Assembly: GCA_945883725.1 (NCBI GenBank)
Contig: CAMCXZ010000004.1
Coordinates: forward strand, 3,669-67,668
DNA length: 64,000 nucleotides
DNA from: Bifidobacterium breve
GTDB taxonomy: Bacteria > Actinomycetota > Actinomycetes > Nanopelagicales > Nanopelagicaceae
Direction: 5' to 3'
Shown: positions 22,411-33,040 of the stretch, one piece after another
How the letters are laid out: each line of letters opens with the position of its first letter
Numbering within the stretch: the stretch's first letter is position 1
Translations under genes and position numbers: made by a program
The notes under the pieces: model-generated
The model's input: only the letters and a program-made list of their open reading frames with translations
Database searches by the model: none
Told to the model about the DNA's origin: nothing

Positions 22411-23403
22411 TCACTTTAGTTCTGGCGCAGGTCCCAAATTTTGTTGTAGATCAACCGGCAATGGAATACAAGGATGTCCGCCACTTCGGAGTTGGACTTG
22501 AGATTTAGAGTCATCGTCTTCGCTGTTAATCATCTCGATTGGTAGATCATTTTCAATAGCTAACTTAATTAATTGACTTGCCGTTAACTGAGCAACTGTT
22601 TCATCCAATCGCAAGCGAATCTCCTGGGCATGTTTTCGTCGATCTTCGTAGTGCAGGAAATCCTTCTTACTTGTCCAGTCATCCCATTGGAGCCCAATGC
22701 AGAGACGATTCCACATAGCATCTTCAAGAATAGCGATAACGATTAACTTGCCATCTTTAGTTTTTACAGTTCCGTATGTCGGTTCTAATGAATTAATGGC
22801 CTCTGGCTTAACTCGTGACCAAGCTAAAGCAGAATCAAGCATGCTGATGTCTAAGTAACCACCTTCACCTTTATGCCACAGCGCTGTGATAGCTAATGCT
22901 GCAGAAGTTCCAGTTGCGAGGTCTACCCAAGGGACGCCAATGCGATCTGAAACTGAATTTTCTGGAAGAGCACCAGCCATTGATTGCAGACTAATGTCGT
23001 GTGATGGTCGCGTGGAAAGTGGACCACTTTGTCCAAATCCCGAGATGGAACAATAAACAAGATCGGGGTGAATCTGTTTAAGAGTGTTGTAATCGCAACC
23101 GAGCCGGTTTGTAACTCCAGGACGAAAACCCTCTATGAACACATCGTAAGACGGCACTAAATCGTATAAAGCTTGTTTTCCAGTTTCGGTTTTAAGATCT
23201 AACGTGATTGATTCTTTTCCGGCGTTTACATTATTAAACATCGCAGCATCTAAATGTCGTCCGGCATCACCGCTGGGCGGCTCAATTTTTGTAACTCTTG
23301 CACCCAGGCTTGCTAATAACTGTGTTGCGTAAGGCCCAGGAAGTTGCTGACTTAGATCTAATACCCGCATCTGGAATAGAGGCCCATTTCCAGAATTATT
23401 CAT
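22411..23403 (-). CDS. Family III CoA transferase (CaiB/BaiF)
   Basis: RVLDLSQQLPGP, NAGKESITLDLK, EGFRPGV, SISGFGQSGP. Confidence 0.9.
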   Translation of the reverse strand: MNNSGNGPLFQMRVLDLSQQLPGPYATQLLASLGARVTKIEPPSGDAGRHLDAAMFNNVNAGKESITLDLKTETGKQALYDLVPSYDVFIEGFRPGVTNRLGCDYNTLKQIHPDLVYCSISGFGQSGPLSTRPSHDISLQSMAGALPENSVSDRIGVPWVDLATGTSAALAITALWHKGEGGYLDISMLDSALAWSRVKPEAINSLEPTYGTVKTKDGKLIVIAILEDAMWNRLCIGLQWDDWTSKKDFLHYEDRRKHAQEIRLRLDETVAQLTASQLIKLAIENDLPIEMINSEDDDSKSQVQLRSGGHPCIPLPVDLQQNLGPAPELK

Positions 23404-24278
23404 ATTAGTGCAATCGGTGTTGCGGGACTTGCGGTAGAGCCTTCAAGGCGTAGAGGTAAAAGAATGAACAGGAATGTATTCACATTGCTTTGAGCCAGTT
23501 CTTCTAAATCTAAATTCTCCACAAGAGGAATACCGAATTGGTGCATTAATGCCAAATGAACTGGAAAAACTTTGCCGTCTGGGTCCGGTTGTACTTCAAC
23601 AGCATAATTATCACTTCCGACTAGCGAAGCTTCGCAATTTGCGAGGTAAAGCGCTCCTTCTTCGGTAATTCCTGGCTCTAAGTCAAAATACTCTTTTTCC
23701 CCGCCCATAGTTTTCCACCAACCAGTACGAATTAGAACTGCATCTCCTGGTTGTGGGCTTAGGCCTAAATCTTCGTAAGCCTGCTTTAAATCCGCAGCAC
23801 TAATTTCTTGTGATGGTTTAAGTGGTCCACCAAATAACTTTACAAAGTCGAGCAACACGCCTCTTGTGACAATAGACCCGAGTTTGTCGGCACCTAATCT
23901 AACTGCACCTTTAGTCGAACGAATATTTGAAGCTGGAAAATTATTATATAGAGCATCACCTGACCACGTGTGAGCGAGCGCGTCTATATGAGTACCACTA
24001 TGAGTAGGAAGTGCGATTGAATCTTCAGCAAACTTAAATCCACCTGGCGCTCTTGCACCAAGGGCATAATCACCGGCATCTCTATCCATGAAGCGTGAAA
24101 CAGGGTTGCGATGAGGTGGTGCACCATGACCAGGCCCAGTTGGTTGGGCCAGAGAAATTATTACTCCTTTTTCAACCAAGCGCAGAGATGAAAGAATTTT
24201 CTCCGCATCGATTAAATTTAGCGCTCCCCGCTCATCATCAGCACCCCAGCGGCCCCAGTTATTTGATTCAATTGACAC
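23400..24278 (-). CDS. Cyclase family metal-dependent hydrolase (KynB-like)
   Basis: NWGRWGADDERGALN, HSGTHIDA, IRTG, ENL; GTG start at 24278 preferred. Confidence 0.88.
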   Translation of the reverse strand: MSIESNNWGRWGADDERGALNLIDAEKILSSLRLVEKGVIISLAQPTGPGHGAPPHRNPVSRFMDRDAGDYALGARAPGGFKFAEDSIALPTHSGTHIDALAHTWSGDALYNNFPASNIRSTKGAVRLGADKLGSIVTRGVLLDFVKLFGGPLKPSQEISAADLKQAYEDLGLSPQPGDAVLIRTGWWKTMGGEKEYFDLEPGITEEGALYLANCEASLVGSDNYAVEVQPDPDGKVFPVHLALMHQFGIPLVENLDLEELAQSNVNTFLFILLPLRLEGSTASPATPIALI

Positions 24279-24282
24279 TGTC

Positions 24283-25980
24283 TTACTTCTCTTTCTTGAG
24301 GTTATTCTTAACAAGCTCATTTGCTTGAAGGATCAGACTCTTTCTAACGGTTTTACCGGTAGTGGTTTTTGGCAAAACTTCAAGAATTTCAAATATCGCA
24401 GGAACTTTAAAGCTAGCTATTCCCTGCTTGCAGAAATCCTGCAGCCCCTTTGCTTCTACGCTCGCACCATTTTTAAGAACAACAAAAGCAACAGGAACCT
24501 CGCCGCGAGATGGGTGTTCAGCGCCAACGACAACCACTTCTAAAACATCATCGTGCGACATGATAAAACCCTCCACTTCAAGGGGCGATACATTGATACC
24601 AGAAGTCTTGATCATGTCAGAGTGGCGAGCAATAAATTGAAAAGTGCCATTTTCTCGAAGTAGGCCTGTATCGCCTGATTTATACCAACCGTCTTTAGTC
24701 ATAGCGGCACTTGTAGCTGCCTGATCACCTATGTAACCGGCCATCACACGACCTCTTACTTGAAGCTCGCCCGACATATTTATTGGGAGAACTTCGTTCG
24801 TTTCTAAATTCATCACACGTAATTCGACGCCTTGCAGTGGCGGTCCTTGGCAAATCAACCGCTCTTCAAGAGGCATGTCATGAGGCGTAACACAGCAGTT
24901 CCCATAAACCTCGGTAGAACCATAAACATTACATATCTCGGTAATTCCTAAATCAATTACTGCCTGTCTAACCTCTTCAGGTCGTCCAATAGTTAAACCT
25001 GTTCTTAGTGACTTTATTGCGCGCACCTCTTCAGCTACCTCATTTACAAGAGCTAATACCGAACTAGGTAATAGGTATGCAGCAGTGCAATTTTCTTCAG
25101 CAAGTACTTTTGCCGCGGATTTAGGCGTAAAATATTCTTGAAGTACCAAGCACGCCCCATGAGTCATGGTTGCTATTGCGGCATTAGCACCGCCAAAACT
25201 CCAGAATAGCGGGGCGTTTAGCCAAACTCGATCAATATCGGAAAGTCCCATTCGAGAACCAATTGAGAAACCATTTTCGATCATCTCTCGATGCTTTAAA
25301 GGAACGGCTTTTGGACGTTCAGTTGTTCCGGATGTATACATAACGTATGCAGCGCCAGTGCTAACAGCCAAATTTTTAGTTGTTTCTTTACCGGCACCCA
25401 ATTCAAGTACCTGCTCATAATTAATTGCTGCAGAAGGAACCTTTGTTGCGCCTAAGTCATCGCCAATAATTACTAGTTTTTTAAGGTTTGGGTACTTTTC
25501 AGAGTTGATAGTACTTGAGTCACTGTCCCAAATCTCTGGCATAAACTTATTAATCTCACCGAGAATATCGATAGATCTAACTTTTGGAACAGTAATTAGT
25601 ATTTCTGCTTTTGATGCTGACAGTAAGTACTCAAGATCCCACGCCAATGCCCAGGTATTAAATAATTCGACTTCTGTTCCAAATCGAAGTGCCGCAAACG
25701 CTGAAACAACCCATTCCTCAATGTTTGGAGCAAGAATGGCAATCCGAGTCCCAGGTTTTACTCCGATTTCTTTTAGCCCTGCCGCAAAAACTTTCGCCTT
25801 ATCTGACAATTCTCCATATGTTAAATACTTCTCACCAGATACAAGCGCTGGAGAATTAGGTTGTAGCTCTGCCATATCTTCTAAGAGTTCAGGAAGTGTC
25901 TGGCTTTTTGGCGGAAGCTCATTAGGAAGCCATTGAATTGGGCCAACAATATTATTGGAGCTAATCGGAACGGGTTTCAT
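24283..25980 (-). CDS. Acyl-CoA synthetase
   Basis: YTSGTTERPK, YGSTE, SGD, KTSGINVSP. Confidence 0.9.
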   Translation of the reverse strand: MKPVPISSNNIVGPIQWLPNELPPKSQTLPELLEDMAELQPNSPALVSGEKYLTYGELSDKAKVFAAGLKEIGVKPGTRIAILAPNIEEWVVSAFAALRFGTEVELFNTWALAWDLEYLLSASKAEILITVPKVRSIDILGEINKFMPEIWDSDSSTINSEKYPNLKKLVIIGDDLGATKVPSAAINYEQVLELGAGKETTKNLAVSTGAAYVMYTSGTTERPKAVPLKHREMIENGFSIGSRMGLSDIDRVWLNAPLFWSFGGANAAIATMTHGACLVLQEYFTPKSAAKVLAEENCTAAYLLPSSVLALVNEVAEEVRAIKSLRTGLTIGRPEEVRQAVIDLGITEICNVYGSTEVYGNCCVTPHDMPLEERLICQGPPLQGVELRVMNLETNEVLPINMSGELQVRGRVMAGYIGDQAATSAAMTKDGWYKSGDTGLLRENGTFQFIARHSDMIKTSGINVSPLEVEGFIMSHDDVLEVVVVGAEHPSRGEVPVAFVVLKNGASVEAKGLQDFCKQGIASFKVPAIFEILEVLPKTTTGKTVRKSLILQANELVKNNLKKEK

Positions 25981-27026
25981 GGCTTTACTGTAATCACTAA
26001 CCTTCCTGCAAACGAGCGACTGTCTAAATCCAGATGTGCCTGGTTCACATCTTCTAGTTGATAAGTATTGGAAACAATGGGCTTGACTGCTCCTGATTGG
26101 ACTAAGCCGATTGCCTCTATTAAATCCTTTAAATCAGCGTTAGCTGACCCAATAATCTGCAACTCTTTTAAAATTATCAGACCCAAGCTGACACCTATTT
26201 CTTCAGGAGCGGTGTTGCCAACAAGGACTAATTTACCCCGTGGGCGCATGGAACGTAAGCTACTTTGGAAAGTGGGAGTGCCAGTTAACTCTAAAACTGC
26301 ATCAACGCCTCTATCCCTTCCTAAGGACTTAGCAGCTTCACGTATTTCCTCAGGAGATGGATTAACTAGAACCTTGGTAGCGCCCGCTTCCAAAAGCATT
26401 TCAACTTTTGATTTAGATGATGTCTGCGCAATTACCTTTAAATTTTTTGATGCGGCTATTTCAACAGCATGTATTCCAACACCACCACCTGCGCCAGTAA
26501 TGAGAATTACATCTGACTCGTTTAAAGCTGCAGCTTTTATCGCTCTTATCCCTGTGCCAATTGCACAAGAAAGTATTGAGCCAGTTCTATCATCAATAGA
26601 ATCAGGAAGTATTGCCGTATTCAATGGATCTGCTAACACATATTCGGCATATCCACCCTGAATGTCATCTCCATAAAACCCAAGGCCTTTGCGACAATGA
26701 GTTTGTAAACCTTGTGCACAGTCTGCACATTTTCCGCATGGACGCCGCTGAACTAAAGCAACGCGCTTTCCAACCCAAGAAATTAGTTCATCTGATCCAG
26801 CTTTTACGACAGTGCCAGAAATTTCATGGCCAATAACATGTCCTTTACTCGCCTTTAATTTCCCGTTACGAGCAAGAACATCATGACCGCAGATTCCGCA
26901 TGCCGAAACTTTAACTAAGAATTCACCTTGAGCAGCAGTGGGGATTGGCATATCTATTAAGCCAAATCTCTCAACAGAGGTAAAGTCCAATAACTCCGCA
27001 GCTCTCATACCAGTACCTGACTGCAC
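25977..27026 (-). CDS. Zn-dependent medium-chain dehydrogenase/reductase
   Basis: CGHD, GHE, CGKCADC..C, GAGGGVG. Confidence 0.9.
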   Translation of the reverse strand: MQSGTGMRAAELLDFTSVERFGLIDMPIPTAAQGEFLVKVSACGICGHDVLARNGKLKASKGHVIGHEISGTVVKAGSDELISWVGKRVALVQRRPCGKCADCAQGLQTHCRKGLGFYGDDIQGGYAEYVLADPLNTAILPDSIDDRTGSILSCAIGTGIRAIKAAALNESDVILITGAGGGVGIHAVEIAASKNLKVIAQTSSKSKVEMLLEAGATKVLVNPSPEEIREAAKSLGRDRGVDAVLELTGTPTFQSSLRSMRPRGKLVLVGNTAPEEIGVSLGLIILKELQIIGSANADLKDLIEAIGLVQSGAVKPIVSNTYQLEDVNQAHLDLDSRSFAGRLVITVKP

Positions 27027-27041
27027 CTCTATATCTTAAGT

Positions 27042-27494
27042 CTATTTACTTAGTTCAAACCAATAATCAGCAGCACTTCCGACTGGGGTTTTGGAAAAAT
27101 GAACATAAACTTTTGTTCCAATGCCTAATGCTGCGATCGCATCTTTTTGATTTTTTAAGTCCAAACCTTTCAGATATCCAACAAGGGCAGTATCTGCACC
27201 TTCGAGGAGGACATAAACCAAGGCATAAGGTGGTACTGGTAGACCTTTAAAGGGTTCATAGACAATCGTGAACATTTCAATAGTTCCCGAATTGCCAACT
27301 TCCACCCATTCGCCGGTCGGCATGTGCGTCTGATCATCATATGATCGAGCTGGGACTAAAACTCTGCCATCTGTCGTGCGGCGACCCCAAATTTTTTGTT
27401 GGGTTAAGCCCTCGAGGAATCGAGATGTAGTCTCGCCCAGAGCATGTTTGTACTGTAAATCCCAAGTCTGCTCATAAAACTTTGCATCAGTCAT
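27042..27494 (-). CDS. DUF35 OB-fold thiolase/aldolase partner (Cys-less Zn-ribbon)
   Basis: GETTSRFLEGL, WVEVG..GTIEMFT, PPYALVYVLLEGADT; directly after thiolase-like genes. Confidence 0.8.
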   Translation of the reverse strand: MTDAKFYEQTWDLQYKHALGETTSRFLEGLTQQKIWGRRTTDGRVLVPARSYDDQTHMPTGEWVEVGNSGTIEMFTIVYEPFKGLPVPPYALVYVLLEGADTALVGYLKGLDLKNQKDAIAALGIGTKVYVHFSKTPVGSAADYWFELSK

Positions 27495-27495
27495 T

Positions 27496-28692
27496 TTATA
27501 TCTCCTCTAGGTCTGAACAAATTACCATTGTTGAATAAAATTGGTGGTCTCCGCCAATTGCACTAGCAATTGCTACGCGAGCACCTTTAACCTGATGTGC
27601 ACCCGCGAGACCGAGGACTTGATTCGCCGCTTCACCCACACGAATTAGACCAGTTACCGCAATTGGATTTGTGCACTGCGTGCCACCAGAAGGATTTACG
27701 GTAACTCCATTGCCGCCCAAGGTGTAGTCACCATTAGCAAGAGCTGCAGGAGATTTTCCTTTGTCAGCTATCCCGGCTGCTTCAATTACATGTAGCTCAA
27801 CGCTGGAAAAGGGCGCATATATCTCGGCTACATCAACTTGTTCACGGGGATTGGTAATTCCAGCTTGATCGTAAGCCCTTTGGAAAGCAACAGCTAAGGC
27901 ATCAGCATCAGCATGATCGCCCATGGCCTTAGGCCCGACGCGGTTTCCCATCCAATATGTTTCTGAATTTTGACCTAGTCCTCTTATCCAGGCAGGTTTC
28001 AAACCATTCTTTTTGGCATAGCGCTCAGAAACTAGCACAAGGCCGGCTGCCCCAGTTGATGCAGGGCAAGCGTCCATTAGTTTTATGGGCCAGGCAAGTG
28101 TTCGAGATGCCAGAACTTCTTCAATAGTTACGGTTGATTGTAAATGTGCATTTGGATTAAGGGATGCGTGGTAGCGATTCTTAACGCTAACCATGGCCAT
28201 ATCCGTTTCATCGCTATCGTATAAATGCATATATCGCTGAGCTGATAGCGCAAGCATTGTGATTGTGTTTAGCGGTACGGGTCTTTCGTATCCAACATCC
28301 CACATCTTATTCAAAACTGATTGCGCTGAGCTTGATTCTGAAACTCGATCAGCGCCAGCAACAAGCACCACATCAAAGAGACCGGATGCGATATGAGTCC
28401 AAGCAGTCAACACAGCGCTCATGCCAGTTGCGCCACCATTGTTTACTCTCATGAATGGTTTTCCAACTGCCCCTAGGGCATCAATTACCCAACGTTCGCC
28501 ATTTCCAACACCAATTAGTGCATCTGGTGCCAGTGGATAGACAACTGCATCAACATCATCAATTGAGATCCCAGCGTTTTCCAGGGCCATTGTTGCGCCC
28601 TCACGAACTAGTTCAGGAAAAGTTACATCAATTCGCGTTTTAACAAACTTTGATTGACCGAAGCCAATAATTCCAACATTATCCAAGGTCAT
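27496..28692 (-). CDS. SCP-x thiolase-fold protein, Ltp3-like (retro-aldolase candidate)
   Basis: GFGQSKF, KPFMRVNNGGATG (no catalytic Cys), AEIYAPFS, VNPSGG. Confidence 0.8.
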   Translation of the reverse strand: MTLDNVGIIGFGQSKFVKTRIDVTFPELVREGATMALENAGISIDDVDAVVYPLAPDALIGVGNGERWVIDALGAVGKPFMRVNNGGATGMSAVLTAWTHIASGLFDVVLVAGADRVSESSSAQSVLNKMWDVGYERPVPLNTITMLALSAQRYMHLYDSDETDMAMVSVKNRYHASLNPNAHLQSTVTIEEVLASRTLAWPIKLMDACPASTGAAGLVLVSERYAKKNGLKPAWIRGLGQNSETYWMGNRVGPKAMGDHADADALAVAFQRAYDQAGITNPREQVDVAEIYAPFSSVELHVIEAAGIADKGKSPAALANGDYTLGGNGVTVNPSGGTQCTNPIAVTGLIRVGEAANQVLGLAGAHQVKGARVAIASAIGGDHQFYSTMVICSDLEEI

Positions 28693-29690
28693 TCTCCTTT
28701 CGAACCGCTAAATACAACAACGGCAGCGCCTTGCCCAGCAAATCCATTGAAACCAATTCCTGCAACCATGTTGCCCCCTTTGGGCAAAAGTTTTATGCGA
28801 TCAATTGCCATAACCATTCGAGCCAACCCGGAAACAAAAGGAGAGGTAGGAAGATCGGCAAGAGCGCCAGACTTATTTATTTCAACCCCTGACTTCAATT
28901 CAAATTCTCTACTTACAGATCGAACTACGTATTCGCTATCTCCTGCAATCTCAATCGCATCCCAATTTTTTGATGTGGCATGAGGAGATCGATTTGAAAT
29001 TTGCTCGATCGCAATTTTTAAGGCCGAGAAATCATTTATATCTCTAGCGCCAAGTTCGTAACTCATGGTCGTCCATCCAGCATCCTCAATCCAAGCAATT
29101 TCTTCACCGGGAGTAAATGAACCTTCAACGGCTAGCACTAGAGCATAAACAGAGTCACCTCTTGCAGGTAGATCACGATCTCCCAGAGGCCAAGCCAATT
29201 TACCGGTTGAGTTTGAAGTTTCTAATCCTTGAGATACTAATTTTGATGCTTGTAGTGCTGCAGCAATTGTGTTGTTCATTCCGATCTGACGGAGCAAAAA
29301 TGGTTCGCAGGACATTAATTCTGCGCGATCTGGATCTACAGACTCACTTGGTTTAGCCCAACCCATAACAAGAACATTTTTTCCTTGACCAGCCAATAAT
29401 CGCAAGTAACCATAAATTAAAGCGTGGTCTGATGATGAAGCAATCAATGTTGTGTCTTTGCCAACTCCGCCAGCTGGACCTGTACTTGGCATAATGCTAA
29501 TGACACGTCCATCAATTTCATCTTGGCCTGCCAAAACTAAACTATCTATATCTTCAATTGTTAGCCCAAGTGAGTCCAAAACTTTTTTCGAAGCATCAAA
29601 AATTATTTCTTCAAGTGATTTTTTATTTTCAAAATTTCCTAGTAAACCTACGGAGGCTAGTACCGCAACTCTTTTCCTTGAGTTCTCCAT
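28689..29690 (-). CDS. Degenerate thiolase-fold partner, Ltp4-like
   Basis: SLEEIIF, GQDEIDGRVIS, INKSGA; paired with the Ltp3-like gene. Confidence 0.7.
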   Translation of the reverse strand: MENSRKRVAVLASVGLLGNFENKKSLEEIIFDASKKVLDSLGLTIEDIDSLVLAGQDEIDGRVISIMPSTGPAGGVGKDTTLIASSSDHALIYGYLRLLAGQGKNVLVMGWAKPSESVDPDRAELMSCEPFLLRQIGMNNTIAAALQASKLVSQGLETSNSTGKLAWPLGDRDLPARGDSVYALVLAVEGSFTPGEEIAWIEDAGWTTMSYELGARDINDFSALKIAIEQISNRSPHATSKNWDAIEIAGDSEYVVRSVSREFELKSGVEINKSGALADLPTSPFVSGLARMVMAIDRIKLLPKGGNMVAGIGFNGFAGQGAAVVVFSGSKGE

Positions 29691-29999
29691 TTTTGCCTCT
29701 TTTCAATACTTTCAGCTTTGACTTGAAGTTTATAACATTTCTTTACCTAAGCAACATGAATTCGCGATCCCGAACTATAACTCTGCTAAGTAACCACTTT
29801 CAAGCCTGAAGATTGCCTGCAACCCAGCATGTCAGTTGTCTTGTCCAAGTTATCAAAACTTCTAGAGTCAAGTTCGCAGGCGAAGAATTCCTTCGTCGCA
29901 TTCAATAGCGAAAAAAAAGAATGTGAATTAGCTTGTCTCACCCTTTACACATTCTAAATATGTAAGTTAAAAAATAATTAGAAATTGCCTATAAATCTC

Positions 30000-30028
30000 T
30001 TGAAATGTACACATCACCTCATTAATCT
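30000..30028 (+). promoter_or_regulatory. Sigma70-type promoter of the NitT/TauT operon
   Basis: TTGAAA-17 bp-TAATCT. Confidence 0.6.
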
Positions 30029-30126
30029 AATTTACGCGGAGACATAAAATATTGACGCATTCTGTAGATGAGTTTCAAAATGATTTGAGTTTTCAGATCA
30101 TCCAAATAATTACGAAAGGAACTTAA

Positions 30127-31125
30127 TTGAAAAAACTAAAAAAGAATAGTTTGATTGTTGCTCTAGTATTTTGTATTGGTTCAGCACTCTCACTTCCAGC
30201 GAATGCAGCTAATACAAAAGTAAAATTCACGGTATTCCCAGCAGTAACAGCAAGTATGGGTGTTTACATTGCTGATCAGATGGGTTTCTTTGAAAAGAAT
30301 GGCATCGAAATCCAGTACGTGAACGCTTCTACTGGCACTTCTGCAACACAGACTTTAGTAGCAGGTGCAACAGATTTCACAATCTCGGATCTAACTGGCG
30401 CAGCTAATGCTATTAAGGCCGGAGCAGACCTTAAGTTTGTATCAGGTCAATTTAGATACTTCCATGGAGCTCTCTATTGCCAAAAAGAGATTTCTGCTGA
30501 AGGTGGATATCCAAAGAACATGAAGAATCTAATTGGAAAGAAAATTGGTATTACAGGTGTGGGAGCCGCAACTGACTCTTATACTCGTTATTCGCTTATC
30601 AGGGCTGGCGTAAATCCTAAACTTGTAACAATAGTTCCAATTGGTGGAGCACCAAGTTTGCTAGCAGCTTTCCTTGCCAAGAGCGTTGACTGCGTAACTG
30701 CTTACCAACCAATGCAGCTACAAATGAAAGACGCTTCGGTATTAGTTGACTGGCAAGCTGGAGAAGGACCAAGAGAATTCCAGAATTACTCCTTCAACGC
30801 CATTGTCACCACTGGTGCGTATGCCAAGAAAGATCTCAAGACCGTGAAAGCAGTTGCGCAATCCATGAAGGAAGCCGTCAATTTCGCTTCAGATTCAAAA
30901 AATTCAGCAGCAATTGCTGAAAAAGTCTTGAAATTCTTCCCAGGCCTTTCATTGGCAGATCTAACTGCTGTTTTGACTGCAACGTCACAGACATATAGTT
31001 ACTCTATTTCAACAACTAATCTTGCAAATGCCCAAAAGGTATTTACCGCAGTTGTTGGACCTTGGCCAATTAAAGTTAATAGTTCACTCATTGTTTCCGG
31101 TGTTCGGAGCATTATTCTAAAATGA
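30127..31125 (+). CDS. NitT/TauT (SsuA/NMT1-like) ABC substrate-binding protein
   Basis: Signal peptide, GFFEKNGI, GKKIGITGVG; TTG start after AAAGGA. Confidence 0.85.
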   Translation: MKKLKKNSLIVALVFCIGSALSLPANAANTKVKFTVFPAVTASMGVYIADQMGFFEKNGIEIQYVNASTGTSATQTLVAGATDFTISDLTGAANAIKAGADLKFVSGQFRYFHGALYCQKEISAEGGYPKNMKNLIGKKIGITGVGAATDSYTRYSLIRAGVNPKLVTIVPIGGAPSLLAAFLAKSVDCVTAYQPMQLQMKDASVLVDWQAGEGPREFQNYSFNAIVTTGAYAKKDLKTVKAVAQSMKEAVNFASDSKNSAAIAEKVLKFFPGLSLADLTAVLTATSQTYSYSISTTNLANAQKVFTAVVGPWPIKVNSSLIVSGVRSIILK

Positions 31126-32045
31126 GTAAATTAACTCTTGCTGATGTTGAATCAGCCAAGATTGAATCGAGGGCAGTGGAATTTTTTAGCGATTCCATTA
31201 AGCTTGCGGGGGATTTGTACTTTCCCCCGCAAGTTACCTCTAATTCACCGGCTCCAGGATTAATTATTTGTCATGGCTATGGCGGAATTAAAGAATTTTT
31301 CCTACCTGAGATTGCTAAGGCCTTTGCTGCGCAAGGATTCGTAGCATTGATCTTTGATTATCGGGGATTCGGCGAAAGCGATGGGGAAGAGAATCGTCTC
31401 TTTCCTGAGGAGCAGGTAGCAGATGTACTTGCGGCCGCAACATTTTTGCGTCAGCAGGCAGAAGTAGATGCGAGTTCAATTGGAATTTACGGAACCAGCT
31501 TTGGTGGCGGAGTTGCAGTATCTGCTGGAACCAAATCAAAGGATATTGGAGCCGTCGTTTGCGCAGTTGGAATTGCCGATTGTGGGCGCTGGCTCAGATC
31601 TCTTCGCCGACATTGGGAGTGGATTGAATTTGAGAAACGCCTAGATTCAGACCGAATCAAAAGAACACTAACTGGGGTATCAGAAATAGTTGAACCCGAA
31701 GAAATTATGGTTCGTGATCCTCATTCAGCAGAGCATGAAAAAGGTTTACGAGCAAAATATCCGAATCGAGCTTTTAAACTAAATCTGGCTTCCGGGGATG
31801 CAATTAAGAATTTTAGACCGATTGAAACCCTTAAATCAGAATACGTGCCAGCCTTATTATTCATTGGAGTTGAAGAAGATGGCTTAACTCCTTATGAAGA
31901 AACGGTTGATTTCTTTGAGGCAAGTCCTATGCCAAAAGAGTTAATCACATTAAGAGGAATGACCCACCACGACTTGTATAAACCCCAAAATCTTTATGGT
32001 GTTCTTGAAACAGTCGGTGCATTCTTCCGTCAATATTTGAAGTAG
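31122..32045 (+). CDS. Alpha/beta hydrolase
   Basis: CHGYGG, FDYRGFGESDG, GTSFGG nucleophile elbow. Confidence 0.9.
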   Translation: MSKLTLADVESAKIESRAVEFFSDSIKLAGDLYFPPQVTSNSPAPGLIICHGYGGIKEFFLPEIAKAFAAQGFVALIFDYRGFGESDGEENRLFPEEQVADVLAAATFLRQQAEVDASSIGIYGTSFGGGVAVSAGTKSKDIGAVVCAVGIADCGRWLRSLRRHWEWIEFEKRLDSDRIKRTLTGVSEIVEPEEIMVRDPHSAEHEKGLRAKYPNRAFKLNLASGDAIKNFRPIETLKSEYVPALLFIGVEEDGLTPYEETVDFFEASPMPKELITLRGMTHHDLYKPQNLYGVLETVGAFFRQYLK

Positions 32046-32047
32046 TC

Positions 32048-33040
32048 ATGAAGTTACTGGTTCGGCCAAACCCCGGAAGACTAGAAATAGTTGAACGGCA
32101 AAAGCCGACCCGTGAAGCCGAAGATGAAGTTCTGATTCAGATTCAGACTGTTGGAATTTGCGGCGGCGACCTCACCTATTTCAGAGGAACCGGGCACACT
32201 CTAGGTATCACTGAATCTTACGTAGTTTGCCATGAAGCTGTTGGCGTGGTGCTAGAAGGTCCGCAACATCTTTTGGGAAAAAATGTAGTAATTGATCCTT
32301 TGATAACTTGTGGATTCTGCGAAAGCTGCGTGATTGGAAAACCTCAACTTTGTGGCAGTCGCAAAGATATGGGATACGGGGCAGATGGCGTTGCAGCAGA
32401 ATTTGTAATTGTGCCTGAATCTCGGACTTATTTAATGTCTAAAGATCTTGCACTACCCACAGGCGTGCTTGTTCATGGACTCGCAGCGGTACTACATTCC
32501 TTATCAAAAGTTTTAGTAGATCAGATTCCTAAGACAGCGGCAGTTTATGGGCCAGGTCCAGCCGGATTAATGTTTGCTATACGTTTAAAAGAACTTGGCA
32601 TTGATGTAATTCTTGTCGGCCGAAATAGCTGGCGCTTGGAGTTAGCGCAAGAGCTTGGAATTCGAATCGCACGGATAGGTCATGACGAAGTAAATGATAT
32701 TAGCGCAGAACTAGTTATTGAAACTACTGGAGCTTCAGATGTGCTTGAGGAAGCATTAAATCGTGTGGCACCTGGAGGCACACTTCTTTTGTATGCTCCG
32801 GGCACTTTTAATGTTGAAGCCACAAAAGTATTTAGAAGAGAACTCAAAATTATTGGCGCAACAGGGGCTATTGGCACCATGCAAAAAGCTATGGATATTC
32901 TTGCTTTAAATCCAGCGCCATATGAGCGCTTACTAACACATAATTTTCCGATTTCTAGTGGGCAGGCAGCTTTTGAGCTAGCAACGGCAGAGCCAGCTAC
33001 ACGTGGCGAATTCTTAAAGGCTTCACTGTGCCTAGATTAG
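32048..33040 (+). CDS. Zn-dependent dehydrogenase (sugar/threonine DH-like)
   Basis: GICGGD, CHE, CGFCESC..C, GPGPAG. Confidence 0.85.
   Translation: MKLLVRPNPGRLEIVERQKPTREAEDEVLIQIQTVGICGGDLTYFRGTGHTLGITESYVVCHEAVGVVLEGPQHLLGKNVVIDPLITCGFCESCVIGKPQLCGSRKDMGYGADGVAAEFVIVPESRTYLMSKDLALPTGVLVHGLAAVLHSLSKVLVDQIPKTAAVYGPGPAGLMFAIRLKELGIDVILVGRNSWRLELAQELGIRIARIGHDEVNDISAELVIETTGASDVLEEALNRVAPGGTLLLYAPGTFNVEATKVFRRELKIIGATGAIGTMQKAMDILALNPAPYERLLTHNFPISSGQAAFELATAEPATRGEFLKASLCLD

Noticed and set aside
22411-23403. CoA transferase as a pseudogene (330 aa, short)
   Set aside because: No internal stop or frameshift, catalytic Asp region retained, ends near the usual PAP.L motif
26068-26661. Long antisense ORFs (also 11663-12172, 37160-37636, 25505-25936 and similar)
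   Set aside because: Fully overlap well-supported genes on the opposite strand; codon-symmetry shadows
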